NCBI GenBank assembly: GCA_964456165.1 | Contig: CAYWBJ010000424.1 | Coordinates: 922-64,921 of the forward strand | Origin: an uncultured Gemmatimonadaceae bacterium | GTDB taxonomy: Bacteria; Latescibacterota; UBA2968; UBA8231 | Reading direction: 5' to 3' | Length of the DNA: 64,000 bases | Shown: positions 34,834-43,327 of the stretch, piece by piece | How positions within the stretch are numbered: the stretch's first letter is position 1 | Layout: each line of letters opens with the position of its first letter | Made by a program: the position numbers and the translations under genes | The notes under the pieces: model-generated | The model's database searches: none | Told to the model about the DNA's origin: nothing | What the model saw: only the letters and a program-made list of their open reading frames with translations

Positions 34834-36180
34834 ATGTTCGAGCCCTTCCCCAGATACGAGCGGTACGATCCGGCGCTCCCCGTCTGGTGCGTGACCCCGG
34901 GCGAGGGCCGCGCCATCCACCGCTTCTTCGACACCTGCCCCTTTAGCCCGTCCGGCCGCTACCTCGCGTTCTTCCGCCTGCCTTTCGAGGACAGGCCACC
35001 CAACATCGGCGAGGTCGGCCAGGTCTGCACGGTCGACCTGCAGACGGGCGAAGAGCGGGTCGTGGCAGAAACCCGTGGCTGGGAGCCGCAGATGGGAGCC
35101 AACGTCAACTGGGGCGGCTCGGACGACGAGCTCTTCTACAACGACGTGGACCCGGAGACCTGGATTCCCTTCGCCTGGAAGGCCGATCCCTTCTCCTCAG
35201 CGCGGCTGCGGCTGGAGGGAACCGTGTACCACGCATCCCCCGACGGCCGCTGGCTGATTTCGGCCAACATGACCACAATGCGGAAGACGCAGAAGGGTTA
35301 CGGGGTTCCGGTGCCGGATGAGCACGTGCGCCGGAACGCCGGCCCGGCAGAAGATGACGGCTTCTACCTCACCGACACCCGCACCGGTGAATGCCGGCTC
35401 CTGGTCTCCATACGCCAGCTGCTCGAAGGGAGCAATCCGGAGATCCATGTCGCAGGCGCCGGGGGGATGGAGATCTACGGTTTCCACAGCAAGTTCAACC
35501 CGCAGGGCGATCGCCTCATGCTCAGCCTGCGCTGGTTTCCCGCCGGCGATGAGCCGCGTTTCAACGCCTTCCGCACCTGCCCGGGACAGACCCGTTTCGC
35601 CTGGATCACGATGTGTCTGGACGGCTCCGCCATGCACTGCGCCGTGGGACCTGAGGAGTGGGAAAAGCACGGCCACCACGCCACCTGGTTCCCCGATGGA
35701 GAGCGCATATCCATGAACCTCGACATCGACCGGGAGGGGACGGTGCGCTTCGTCCAGGTCGACGCTGATGGCAGCGGACTGGGAAAGATGCTCGATACCG
35801 TCTGGGGGTCCGGCCATCCGACAGTGCACCCGGACGGACGACACATCCTGACCGACACCTACACCTTCGAGACCGGCGCCTTCGGCGACGGCACCATCCC
35901 CCTGCGCTGGATCGACATGGAGGAAGGGACCGAGACGACGCTGGTGCGCGTCAACACGCAACAACCGGTGCAGGGTGACAGCGTCATGCGCGTCGACCCG
36001 CATCCGGCCTGGGACCGGACTTGGCGCTACATCGCCTTCAACGCCTTCGAGGGCCGGACGCGGCGGGTCTATGTGGCTGACGCCGGATCGCTCATATCCG
36101 GACCACCCCGTCGGGAGTCTCCCCGTCGAGAAACTGGATACGGCTTCGATCTGGCGGACTCCGTGACCAGCTGGAATTAG
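34834..36180 (+). CDS. TolB-like / oligogalacturonate-lyase (PL22)-like beta-propeller protein
   Basis: 448 aa, 12 nt after the upstream stop, with GAGGA SD. FSPSGRYLAF, ASPDGRWLIS, WFPDGERISM, VHPDGRHILT and terminal VDPHPAWDRTWRYIAFNA resemble the HPHPSF.PD...F.S ending of Ogl-type lyases (from memory). Confidence 0.6.
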   Translation: MFEPFPRYERYDPALPVWCVTPGEGRAIHRFFDTCPFSPSGRYLAFFRLPFEDRPPNIGEVGQVCTVDLQTGEERVVAETRGWEPQMGANVNWGGSDDELFYNDVDPETWIPFAWKADPFSSARLRLEGTVYHASPDGRWLISANMTTMRKTQKGYGVPVPDEHVRRNAGPAEDDGFYLTDTRTGECRLLVSIRQLLEGSNPEIHVAGAGGMEIYGFHSKFNPQGDRLMLSLRWFPAGDEPRFNAFRTCPGQTRFAWITMCLDGSAMHCAVGPEEWEKHGHHATWFPDGERISMNLDIDREGTVRFVQVDADGSGLGKMLDTVWGSGHPTVHPDGRHILTDTYTFETGAFGDGTIPLRWIDMEEGTETTLVRVNTQQPVQGDSVMRVDPHPAWDRTWRYIAFNAFEGRTRRVYVADAGSLISGPPRRESPRRETGYGFDLADSVTSWN

Positions 36181-36192
36181 GAGATATCGTCT

Positions 36193-37341
36193 ATGCAACA
36201 CACCATCGTAGCCCGCGAGGAGGGCGTGTACAACGCCTTTCCGGTTCTGCACCAGCTTGCCGATGGCCGCCTGTCGATCGGCTGCATCTCCTCCCCCTTC
36301 GCCGATCACTGGGGCATGGGCGGCTGGTCCGTCTTCACCTCTGCCGACGAAGGCCAGAACTGGGACCTGTCCGACGATCCGGCGTTGCCCTTCAACTGGC
36401 CTGGCGAAGGAGCGCGCGAGCGCTACGACCGGCTCTGCGGCCTGTTGCCGGACGGCACCTTCATGGCCGTCGGCTCGATCGGCCAGGAGCCCTGGGACCC
36501 GGAGCGCCGGGCCGAGGCGGAGGCGCGGGGACTGCGGATTCACGACGACGAGCTCATCACCTCCGCCTATGGCGGCAGGCTGGTCGTCGGCGGTCACCGG
36601 CTCGCCGTCGTCCGCTCTGCCGACGACGGCGCCAGTTGGGAAAGACGCATCTGGACCGTGCCCGGCTACGCGAGCGTCGTTGCATTTCCACGGGGCACGA
36701 TCCTGACGGACGGGACCTGGCTGCTGCCGATCTACGCCTACAGGGCGGACAACAGCTGCGACGGTCTGATCTTTCGCTCGACAGACGGCGGCGAGTCCTG
36801 GAGCCTCCACCTGGCTGTGGAGCGGGTCGGCAGCGAGTGGGCACTGATCGAGACAGAACCTGGACGCGTCCTGGGCCACATCCGCCAGGATCTATGGTGG
36901 GGACCGCCGCAAACTCGCCGCATGCACACTCTCGAGGTCTGGTCTGAGGACGGCGGCCGAACCTGGACGCAGCCGCTTGAGACCGCATTCGAGGGTTATC
37001 CCAACCACCTGTTGAAGCTCGGCGACGGTCGCCTGCTCTGTAGCCACGGTTACCGACGTCAGCCGATGGGAGTGCGTGCCCTGATCAGCGAGGATGGCGG
37101 CAGGTCGTGGGACCTCGACCACGAGTACGTGCTGCGGGACGACGCCGGCACGGTCTCGAACCAATGGCCGGATCACCACCGCCAGCGTCACGGCAGCGGT
37201 GGTGCCGATGTGGGCTATCCGCTGTCGGTCGAGGTGGCGGATGGCCGGATTGTCACCGCTTACTATATAACCCCGGCCGACGGCACCACCCACGTGGCGG
37301 TCACCCACTGGCATCCCGACGAGGACCGACCGCAGCAGTAG
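36193..37341 (+). CDS. BNR/Asp-box repeat sialidase-like beta-propeller, no signal peptide
   Basis: Asp-boxes SADEGQNW, SADDGASW, STDGGESW, SEDGGRTW, SEDGGRSW. AGGAGA SD; 12 nt after the upstream gene. Confidence 0.85.
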   Translation: MQHTIVAREEGVYNAFPVLHQLADGRLSIGCISSPFADHWGMGGWSVFTSADEGQNWDLSDDPALPFNWPGEGARERYDRLCGLLPDGTFMAVGSIGQEPWDPERRAEAEARGLRIHDDELITSAYGGRLVVGGHRLAVVRSADDGASWERRIWTVPGYASVVAFPRGTILTDGTWLLPIYAYRADNSCDGLIFRSTDGGESWSLHLAVERVGSEWALIETEPGRVLGHIRQDLWWGPPQTRRMHTLEVWSEDGGRTWTQPLETAFEGYPNHLLKLGDGRLLCSHGYRRQPMGVRALISEDGGRSWDLDHEYVLRDDAGTVSNQWPDHHRQRHGSGGADVGYPLSVEVADGRIVTAYYITPADGTTHVAVTHWHPDEDRPQQ

Positions 37342-37513
37342 ATGGACAGCAGCCCCGGCACCCAGGCCGTATCTGCGTCAACCCTAATCGGCGTAGTTTA
37401 TGATATTTTCCGCCCAGTTACCCCGGCCAGGTCTGGCGCGATTATATTAGCCGATCCGCCGGTTGACTGGCCGGCGCCTTGCCTACCCTGGATCCTGTAA
37501 AGGAGGCGAACTA

Positions 37514-38362
37514 ATGCCCGACGGCACACCCACTATCGATGTCCAGGTTCACGCTTACGAACGCAACAGCCCCCAGCGCCCCTGGGCCGGATCGCTGCCC
37601 GGTCCCGACGAAGTAACCGGCAATGACATGGTGGCAGCCATGGATGCGGTAGGAGTCGACGGGGCCATCCTGGTCTCACCGGCCAGCATGTATCGTTACG
37701 ACGCTAGTTACGCGCTCGAGGCTTATGCGAAACACCCCACCCGTTTTGGCTTGGTCAAACCGTTCGATCCGAGCGCGGAGACGGTGGCCGAGGAGATCGC
37801 CGCCTGGGCGGCGACACCTGGTGTGGTCGGCGCCCGCCTGATGCTGGCCGCTAGCGAGTTCGCCGACGACGACCCCGGCCTGGAGCGCATGCTGACTGCC
37901 TGCGCCGAAGCCGAACTCACGCTCAACGTCCTCGGTCAGGGCAAGTTGCCGTTGACGCTCGACCTGGCCCGCCGCCATCCCGACACCCGGATCGTGATCG
38001 ACCACCTCGGCCTCGCTCAACCGTTCGAGCCGCCCGTACCGGCAGCGCCTTGGGCCGACCTGGACAACGTGCTGGCACTGGCCACCTGCGACAATGTCGC
38101 CATCAAGATCTCGGGCGCCTGCACCCTGGCGCACGAGCCCTACCCCTACCCCGACATCTGGGCGCCGCTGCAACGAATATTCGACGCGTTCGGCTTCGCG
38201 CGCTGCATGTGGGGCACGGACTGGACCCGGTCGCTCAACTTCCTGACCTACGAGCAGGGGGTCGAGGCGTTCCGTCTGTACGAGCAGCTCTCCGACGCGG
38301 AGCGAGCCGCGCTGATGGGAGAGAGCCTGGCGAAGATCTACGGCTGGTCGCCTGGGCCGTAG
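37514..38362 (+). CDS. amidohydrolase_2 family protein
   Basis: ATG 37514 preceded by AGGAGG at 37501-37506. MPDGTPTIDVQVHAY..., IVIDHLG, CMWGTDW pattern of the amidohydrolase_2 TIM barrel. Confidence 0.8.
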   Translation: MPDGTPTIDVQVHAYERNSPQRPWAGSLPGPDEVTGNDMVAAMDAVGVDGAILVSPASMYRYDASYALEAYAKHPTRFGLVKPFDPSAETVAEEIAAWAATPGVVGARLMLAASEFADDDPGLERMLTACAEAELTLNVLGQGKLPLTLDLARRHPDTRIVIDHLGLAQPFEPPVPAAPWADLDNVLALATCDNVAIKISGACTLAHEPYPYPDIWAPLQRIFDAFGFARCMWGTDWTRSLNFLTYEQGVEAFRLYEQLSDAERAALMGESLAKIYGWSPGP

Positions 38363-38439
38363 CCCCGCTTAACGCGGCCGCAATGGTGCCGGGCCGGTGA
38401 TTGCCGCAGCACAGGAAGCGGGTCGGCTTTAGCGACAGC

Positions 38440-39633
38440 TCACGCCCAGGCGTCGCGGGCGTGCCCGATCCACTCCAGCTCGTGCCGCCTGCTCATCCCG
38501 TAGTAATGGAAGGAGTGGTGCCGGATACCAGCGTCCCGCGCCATCCCGACTGCCGCACACAACGCTTCGGCGGAGTCGAAGGAGCGCTGGTTGTGCATAA
38601 TCTCCGGCACGGCGTATTCCGGCACGGCTGCGACACCGGCCTTGAGGCCGGCCCGCTTCTCCTCCGGCGTAGCGCCCGGCGCCGCCAGGCTGACCCGCTT
38701 CAGATGCGGGCGGATCAGCGAGAAGTCGATCCCGCGCGCAACCTGTCGTCCCGCCTCGTTGCCGAACGGCATGAACGCGGCACCGTACTCGTTGCACAGC
38801 TCCTGCACCGCGCCGAACAGGCTGGCAGTCGTCTCGCAACGCACTTCCAAATACTGCCACAGATCGCCGTCGAAGGCGTTGCGCATCCACTCCTCGTCCG
38901 CCTCCCCGGTATCGAAGCTCCCCGGGTTGGCCGGCAGACTGTCGTATAGATGGGCGCGCACGGCAAGGCGCAGCGGCTCGGGATCGAAACCGGCAGGGCA
39001 GGCCCGCTGCCGGCAATGGCCGCAGAAGCAGAGGCTGAGCAGGAAACCGTCGCGGGGAGCCGGCTGCACCTCCACCTTGTCGCAGAGGAAGACGTGTTTC
39101 CAGCTGCCGAAACCCAGCGACTCGTGGCGGATGCCGTCGCCTCCGTAGGTCCCCAGCAAGTCCGCGACGATCGCCAGGTTATAAGCCCGCACATCCGGGT
39201 TGGCCGGACACAGGTATGTGCGGTGCCGCTCGCCCATCGCGTCGACGCAGCAGAGCTCGGGATATTGCTGCGGCAGAGGCACCGAGTAGTTGAAGACCAC
39301 GAAGAACAGCACCCCCCAGTCGCGGGCGCGGGCGCGGTCGACGATACGGTCCATGTAGCCGTGCGTGTCGACACCCTCGCCGACAGCCGGGCGGATCCTG
39401 GTTGCGCTCCAGCGCGGATGCTGCGGCCGGAAGTAGATGCCGCCATCGTCCCAGCGCACCATGCGCTTAGGATTGTGGGGAAGGATGAAGGTGCCGGCGT
39501 GGTAAGCTGCGGCGACGAACAGTTCGTTGAGCCCGCATACTTCCCCCAAAAAGTCGTAGCAGGTATCGATCCCCTCGTCGGTAATATCCCAAGGGTGGAT
39601 GTAGATCCCGCCGGAACTGCCGGTCTTGAGCAT
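38440..39633 (-). CDS. uncharacterised TIM-barrel-like protein (distant GHL10/DUF187-like)
   Basis: 397-aa ORF with natural composition. YLCPANPDVRAYNLAIVADLLGTYGGDGIRHESLGF resembles the CP.NP.vr...DG..lD block of GHL10-type barrels. No signal peptide. Confidence 0.65.
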   Translation of the reverse strand: MLKTGSSGGIYIHPWDITDEGIDTCYDFLGEVCGLNELFVAAAYHAGTFILPHNPKRMVRWDDGGIYFRPQHPRWSATRIRPAVGEGVDTHGYMDRIVDRARARDWGVLFFVVFNYSVPLPQQYPELCCVDAMGERHRTYLCPANPDVRAYNLAIVADLLGTYGGDGIRHESLGFGSWKHVFLCDKVEVQPAPRDGFLLSLCFCGHCRQRACPAGFDPEPLRLAVRAHLYDSLPANPGSFDTGEADEEWMRNAFDGDLWQYLEVRCETTASLFGAVQELCNEYGAAFMPFGNEAGRQVARGIDFSLIRPHLKRVSLAAPGATPEEKRAGLKAGVAAVPEYAVPEIMHNQRSFDSAEALCAAVGMARDAGIRHHSFHYYGMSRRHELEWIGHARDAWA

Positions 39634-39702
39634 GAAGTCCTCGTGGCTCGGCCGGGCTCAGTCTAGCCCGGGCTCGTTGCAGGTGGCTACTGGGACGTGA
39701 AA

Positions 39703-40235
39703 CTAGGGCGCGGCGAACCGGGACAGCACGTTGCCCGTGATCCGTGAGACGTTGTTGTCGTAGCCGTTGTGGGACAGCGAGCCGCACCAGGTTATCGATC
39801 CAACCGAGAACACGGCGCCCCCTTCGGGCCCATCGAAATAGACCATGTCTCCCCTGACCAGCGGGTTAACCGACCCACCCTGCTTGGAATCAGAGCCCAG
39901 CACCTCTTCGACTGCATGCTGGTAGGCGTCCGAGAAGCCACGGGCCGTCGCGACGATGGCCGCGTCGGGTGGGGTGCCCAGACCCTCGTCGGCCCGGTCC
40001 ACCTCGAAGCCGCCGGCGACGGGACCAGTTCCTCCTTGAAGCCGGGTCCGGCAGGATGCTCGTCGCCGTGGATCAGGGGAACGATGTCGGCGCGGTAGGC
40101 CTCCTGCTCGCAGCTCACCATGAACCGGATCGTCTCGCCCGGCCGGGGGTTCAGCCGATCTGTGTAGCCAACGACTTGCACCTGGACTCTCGTACCTGGG
40201 GGTTTTGGACTGGAATGGGGCCGGGGAACGCCCAC
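39703..40235 (-). pseudogene. remnant of an N,N-dimethylformamidase large-subunit-like gene (N- and C-terminal pieces joined out of frame, central part deleted)
   Basis: ORF 39792-40235 begins ...VQVVGYTDRLNPRPGETIRFMVSCEQEAYRADIVPLIHGDEHPAGPGFKEELV (family N-terminus). ORF 39703-40002, in another frame, ends ...GGAVFSVGSITWCGSLSHNGYDNNVSRITGNVLSRFAAP (family C-terminus). Together ~175 codons versus >700 expected. Confidence 0.6.
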
Positions 40236-40490
40236 CGCATGACGTCCCCGGAACGAGCCTACCTAGTGGAGTCGCTCCGCTGCACCAGAATGTGAACGTC
40301 GGTGTTGAAACCGTATTCCTGCCACTCGCCCATTATCCTGCGCATGCGATCCGCATCGAAGTAGCGGACGACCACCATTCGTGTCGACAACTAGCGAAAT
40401 TTCGGCCGGCGGCACTACATTTCGTCAACTCGCGCACCTTGCTGGAAGCACCGTCCTGCGCTCCTCCTTGCCGCGGATAATACGCCGCGG

Positions 40491-41408
40491 TCAGCCGGCT
40501 GGCCGACGTTCCCCGTGATTCTCTCCCCAGTACTTGTAGCCCGGCACGTTGGCGCCGCAGTGAATGCCGCGGAACAAGGTTTGCCGCTGCGGCGGCATCG
40601 ATTCCACCAGTCCGGGCGGCGGCTCCCAGATCCCCCACTTGGAGTTGAGGCTGTTGTAGAGAGTGAAGAGGCAGATCCGCCCGTTCTCCTCGTTGGTCCA
40701 CGGGCTGGTACTGTGGGTCAGCGCCTCGGTGAAGAACAGCACCGAGCCGGCCGGGCATTCGTAGGTGTCCCACACGTCGAAATCCGGATTCCTGATCGCC
40801 GCGGGCGCCGTGTAGGCCGACTTGTGACTGCCCGTCGCCAGCATCGTGCCGCCCTGCCGGTACTTCACCGGGTTGAGCTCCCACATCACCCGCGTCAGGC
40901 CGCTGAACGCCCGACCCGGCACGCACTGGTAGTGGTGGGAGTCCTGCGCGAAACGGAAGAAGCCGTTGCCGTTGTGGGGCCCGAAGCCGCCGGGCGACTC
41001 CGTCGTGGTCCGCACCGCCAGCGTGCATGCCTCCAGCCTGAAGCCGTAACAGTCCGGGGTGGACATCGTCGGGTTGGCGAGGAACTCGTGCATGAACCCG
41101 ACGACCACCGGATGGTCCGTCAGCTGCTGCAGCGGGCCGGCGACGAAGGCGCGCTCCCGCTCTGGCAGCGATGCGGGCTCGTTGTGGACCCGGAGCGCGT
41201 AATCGCGCATCTCCGCCACTTCCGAATCGCTCAGCACCCCCGGAATCAGCAGCCAGCCCCTGGCGTCGAACAGGTACTTCTGCTCGGCGGTGAGCGGAAT
41301 GATAGGCCTGCCGTCGGCGTTGGTCTGCGGCAGGTCCCCCGGTTCCACCTGCATCGGCGCTCCGAGATTCTTGTCGAACAGGAACGGTTCGAGGTTCGTT
41401 GCAGTCAT
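40491..41408 (-). CDS. PhyH-family dioxygenase-like protein with H-x-G in place of H-x-D (PhyH-2)
   Basis: ATG 41408 (MTATNLEPFLFDK...). GGFGPHNGNG at the HxD position; TRVMWELNPVKYRQGGTMLATGSHKS aligns with the ...IWLLNDLTEENGATAMLPGSH block of PhyH-1; distal LTHSTSPW. Confidence 0.75.
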   Translation of the reverse strand: MTATNLEPFLFDKNLGAPMQVEPGDLPQTNADGRPIIPLTAEQKYLFDARGWLLIPGVLSDSEVAEMRDYALRVHNEPASLPERERAFVAGPLQQLTDHPVVVGFMHEFLANPTMSTPDCYGFRLEACTLAVRTTTESPGGFGPHNGNGFFRFAQDSHHYQCVPGRAFSGLTRVMWELNPVKYRQGGTMLATGSHKSAYTAPAAIRNPDFDVWDTYECPAGSVLFFTEALTHSTSPWTNEENGRICLFTLYNSLNSKWGIWEPPPGLVESMPPQRQTLFRGIHCGANVPGYKYWGENHGERRPAG

Positions 41409-41540
41409 GGCGGGCCTTTCGCCTCTGAAAGATCCAGGATCGTGCGTGCATCGATGTACGGCATTCTCCACGATCGGGTCAACGCGCCTGGCCGCACAGC
41501 GCATGCCGACTTGCCAGCGCCCGCCGTGGAAGGGCTTCGG

Positions 41541-41555
41541 GGCCGTCCTACGGCC
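41541..41555 (-). terminator. candidate hairpin after the SDR gene
   Basis: GGCCGT-cct-ACGGCC (6-bp stem, 3-nt loop) ~58 nt downstream of the SDR stop (41613) on the minus strand. Confidence 0.25.
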
Positions 41556-41612
41556 GATGCGGGCGGCAACGCGATGACCCGGAGCAGGGAGGGCTCGCGA
41601 CCGCCCGGTCCC

Positions 41613-42395
41613 CTACCGCGCCGTCCAGCCCCCGTCCACCGCAAGGACCTGGCCGGTGATCAGATCCGCGGCGCTTGAGCAGAGGAAGATGGTGGCGCCG
41701 ACGACCTCCTCAGGTATGCCGATGCGGCCGAGCGGGATCTGCGGCAGCATCTCGTCTACGAACGCCTCCTCCCGCACCCGCGCTTTGTTCCAGTCCGTTT
41801 CGATGTGCGTGGGCGCAAGCGCGTTCACGCAGATACCGTGCTCCGCCCATTCGAGCGCGAGAACGCGGGTGAGCTGATTGATGGCGCCTTTGGCCGCGGC
41901 GTAGACCGCTCTCTGCGGATAGCCGACCAGGCCCAGCATCGACGACATGTTGACGATCTTGCCGCCGCCGTGGCCGATCATTCTCCGCCCCGCCGACTGG
42001 CAGCAGTAGAAGGCGGTCGTCAGGTTGGCGTCGAGGATCTGGCGCCACTGATCCGGTGTGACCTCGGTGGTGGGACCCGCCCGCATGGGCAAGCCGGCAT
42101 TGTTGACGGCTATGTCGAGGCTGCCGAACTCGGTGACCGCCCGCTCCATGACCCGCTCGCAGTCTTCGGGCCGGGTGAGATCGGCCGGCACCGCGACCGC
42201 CTGCCGTCCCTGCGACGTTATCTCCCCGGCGAGGGCCTCGATGGCAGCGGTGCTCCGAGCCGCGAGCACTAATCTGGCACCGGCTGCGGCGAAGCCGAGG
42301 GCGATGGATTCGCCGAGGCCACGGCTGGCTCCGGTCACGACCACGGCCTTTTCAGCCAGCGAGAAGCTGTACTTGTCTGGATCCAGGGGTCTCAT
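41613..42395 (-). CDS. short-chain dehydrogenase/reductase (classical SDR)
   Basis: ATG 42395 (MRPLDPDKYSFSLAEKAVVVTGASRGLG). NNAG; catalytic YAAAKGA; PGxxxT-like APTHIET. Confidence 0.9.
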   Translation of the reverse strand: MRPLDPDKYSFSLAEKAVVVTGASRGLGESIALGFAAAGARLVLAARSTAAIEALAGEITSQGRQAVAVPADLTRPEDCERVMERAVTEFGSLDIAVNNAGLPMRAGPTTEVTPDQWRQILDANLTTAFYCCQSAGRRMIGHGGGKIVNMSSMLGLVGYPQRAVYAAAKGAINQLTRVLALEWAEHGICVNALAPTHIETDWNKARVREEAFVDEMLPQIPLGRIGIPEEVVGATIFLCSSAADLITGQVLAVDGGWTAR

Positions 42396-42466
42396 CGTCG
42401 CCTTTGTGCAGCGGTCGAACGTCCCGCTGAATTGTGGAAGCCGGCCCCTGCAGGGCCGGCAGGGCG

Positions 42467-43303
42467 TCATCCGCCCGCGGCCTTTGCCGATTCCTTCCCG
42501 AGCTCGGCGAAGAGCCAGGGGGTGCGGCGCGCAACGGCGCGGGCCTTGTTGGATCCGGAATCGCAGGCGATATCTGCGACCAGGAGCTGCTCGTGGCGGG
42601 TGGCGTACGCCAGCTTGGGCTCGGGCCCCTGACCGTCGGGGCCGATGATGCGGCTGTTGTTGACATACTCGGTGCGACCGGCGTTGGCGATGACCAGGTG
42701 CACGCCGTTCTCCATCGCCCGAGACCGCTGGGCGCAACCCTTGCCCTGGTAGCGCTTCCCGATGTCGACGCCGTCGGCGTGGAAGAAGTTGGTCGGCTGG
42801 AACAGGATCTCCGCCCCCTTCATGACCAGGAGTCGCGACAGCTCGGGCGATCGCATGTCCGCGCAGATGAAGATGCCTATTTTTCCATGGCGCGTGTCAA
42901 AGACGTCGGCCTCGCTGCCATTGGCGAAAACCCGCTCGGAGAGGACCTTTCGCTGCTTCCCGATGTAGCCTTCCACCGGTCCGACCAGGAAGGCGGTATT
43001 GTAGATCCGCCTCGCTCGCCGCGGCCGTTCGACGACGCCGTAGATGATGTACATGCCAGTCTCGGCAGCCTTCGCCGCGAACCTCTCGGCGATCGGACCG
43101 GGGACCGGCTCGGCGTGCGGACAGCCGGACGCCTTACCGCCGCTGACCCACTCGAACCCCGTGCTCGCGCATTCCGGAAAGCAGAGAATCTGCACGCCGC
43201 GCCGGGCGGCGCGATCGCAGTACTCGAGGGCTCTCTCGATGTTGCCTCTCACATCGCGTTCGTCGGATATCAGCTGAACGGCGCCAACCCGCGTTGTCTG
43301 CAC
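42467..43303 (-). CDS. carbon-nitrogen hydrolase (nitrilase superfamily)
   Basis: Glu in LCFPECA, Lys in GKQRKV, Cys in GIFICADM (E-K-C triad order). 278 aa. Confidence 0.85.
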   Translation of the reverse strand: MQTTRVGAVQLISDERDVRGNIERALEYCDRAARRGVQILCFPECASTGFEWVSGGKASGCPHAEPVPGPIAERFAAKAAETGMYIIYGVVERPRRARRIYNTAFLVGPVEGYIGKQRKVLSERVFANGSEADVFDTRHGKIGIFICADMRSPELSRLLVMKGAEILFQPTNFFHADGVDIGKRYQGKGCAQRSRAMENGVHLVIANAGRTEYVNNSRIIGPDGQGPEPKLAYATRHEQLLVADIACDSGSNKARAVARRTPWLFAELGKESAKAAGG

Positions 43304-43327
43304 GACTCCTCCTCCTCTTGTGCACCC

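Noticed and set aside
35197-36879. 560-aa minus-strand ORF antisense to the PL22-like and BNR genes.
   Set aside because: Shadow ORF. No start context, and low-complexity Ala/Gly/Arg/Pro/Val content.
40259-40378. 39-codon minus-strand ORF MVVVRYFDADRMRRIMGEWQEYGFNTDVHILVQRSDSTR upstream of the formamidase-like remnant.
   Set aside because: It looks like the N-terminus of a once larger (possibly glycosidase-like) gene but is truncated by a stop. Cannot be supported as a functional gene.
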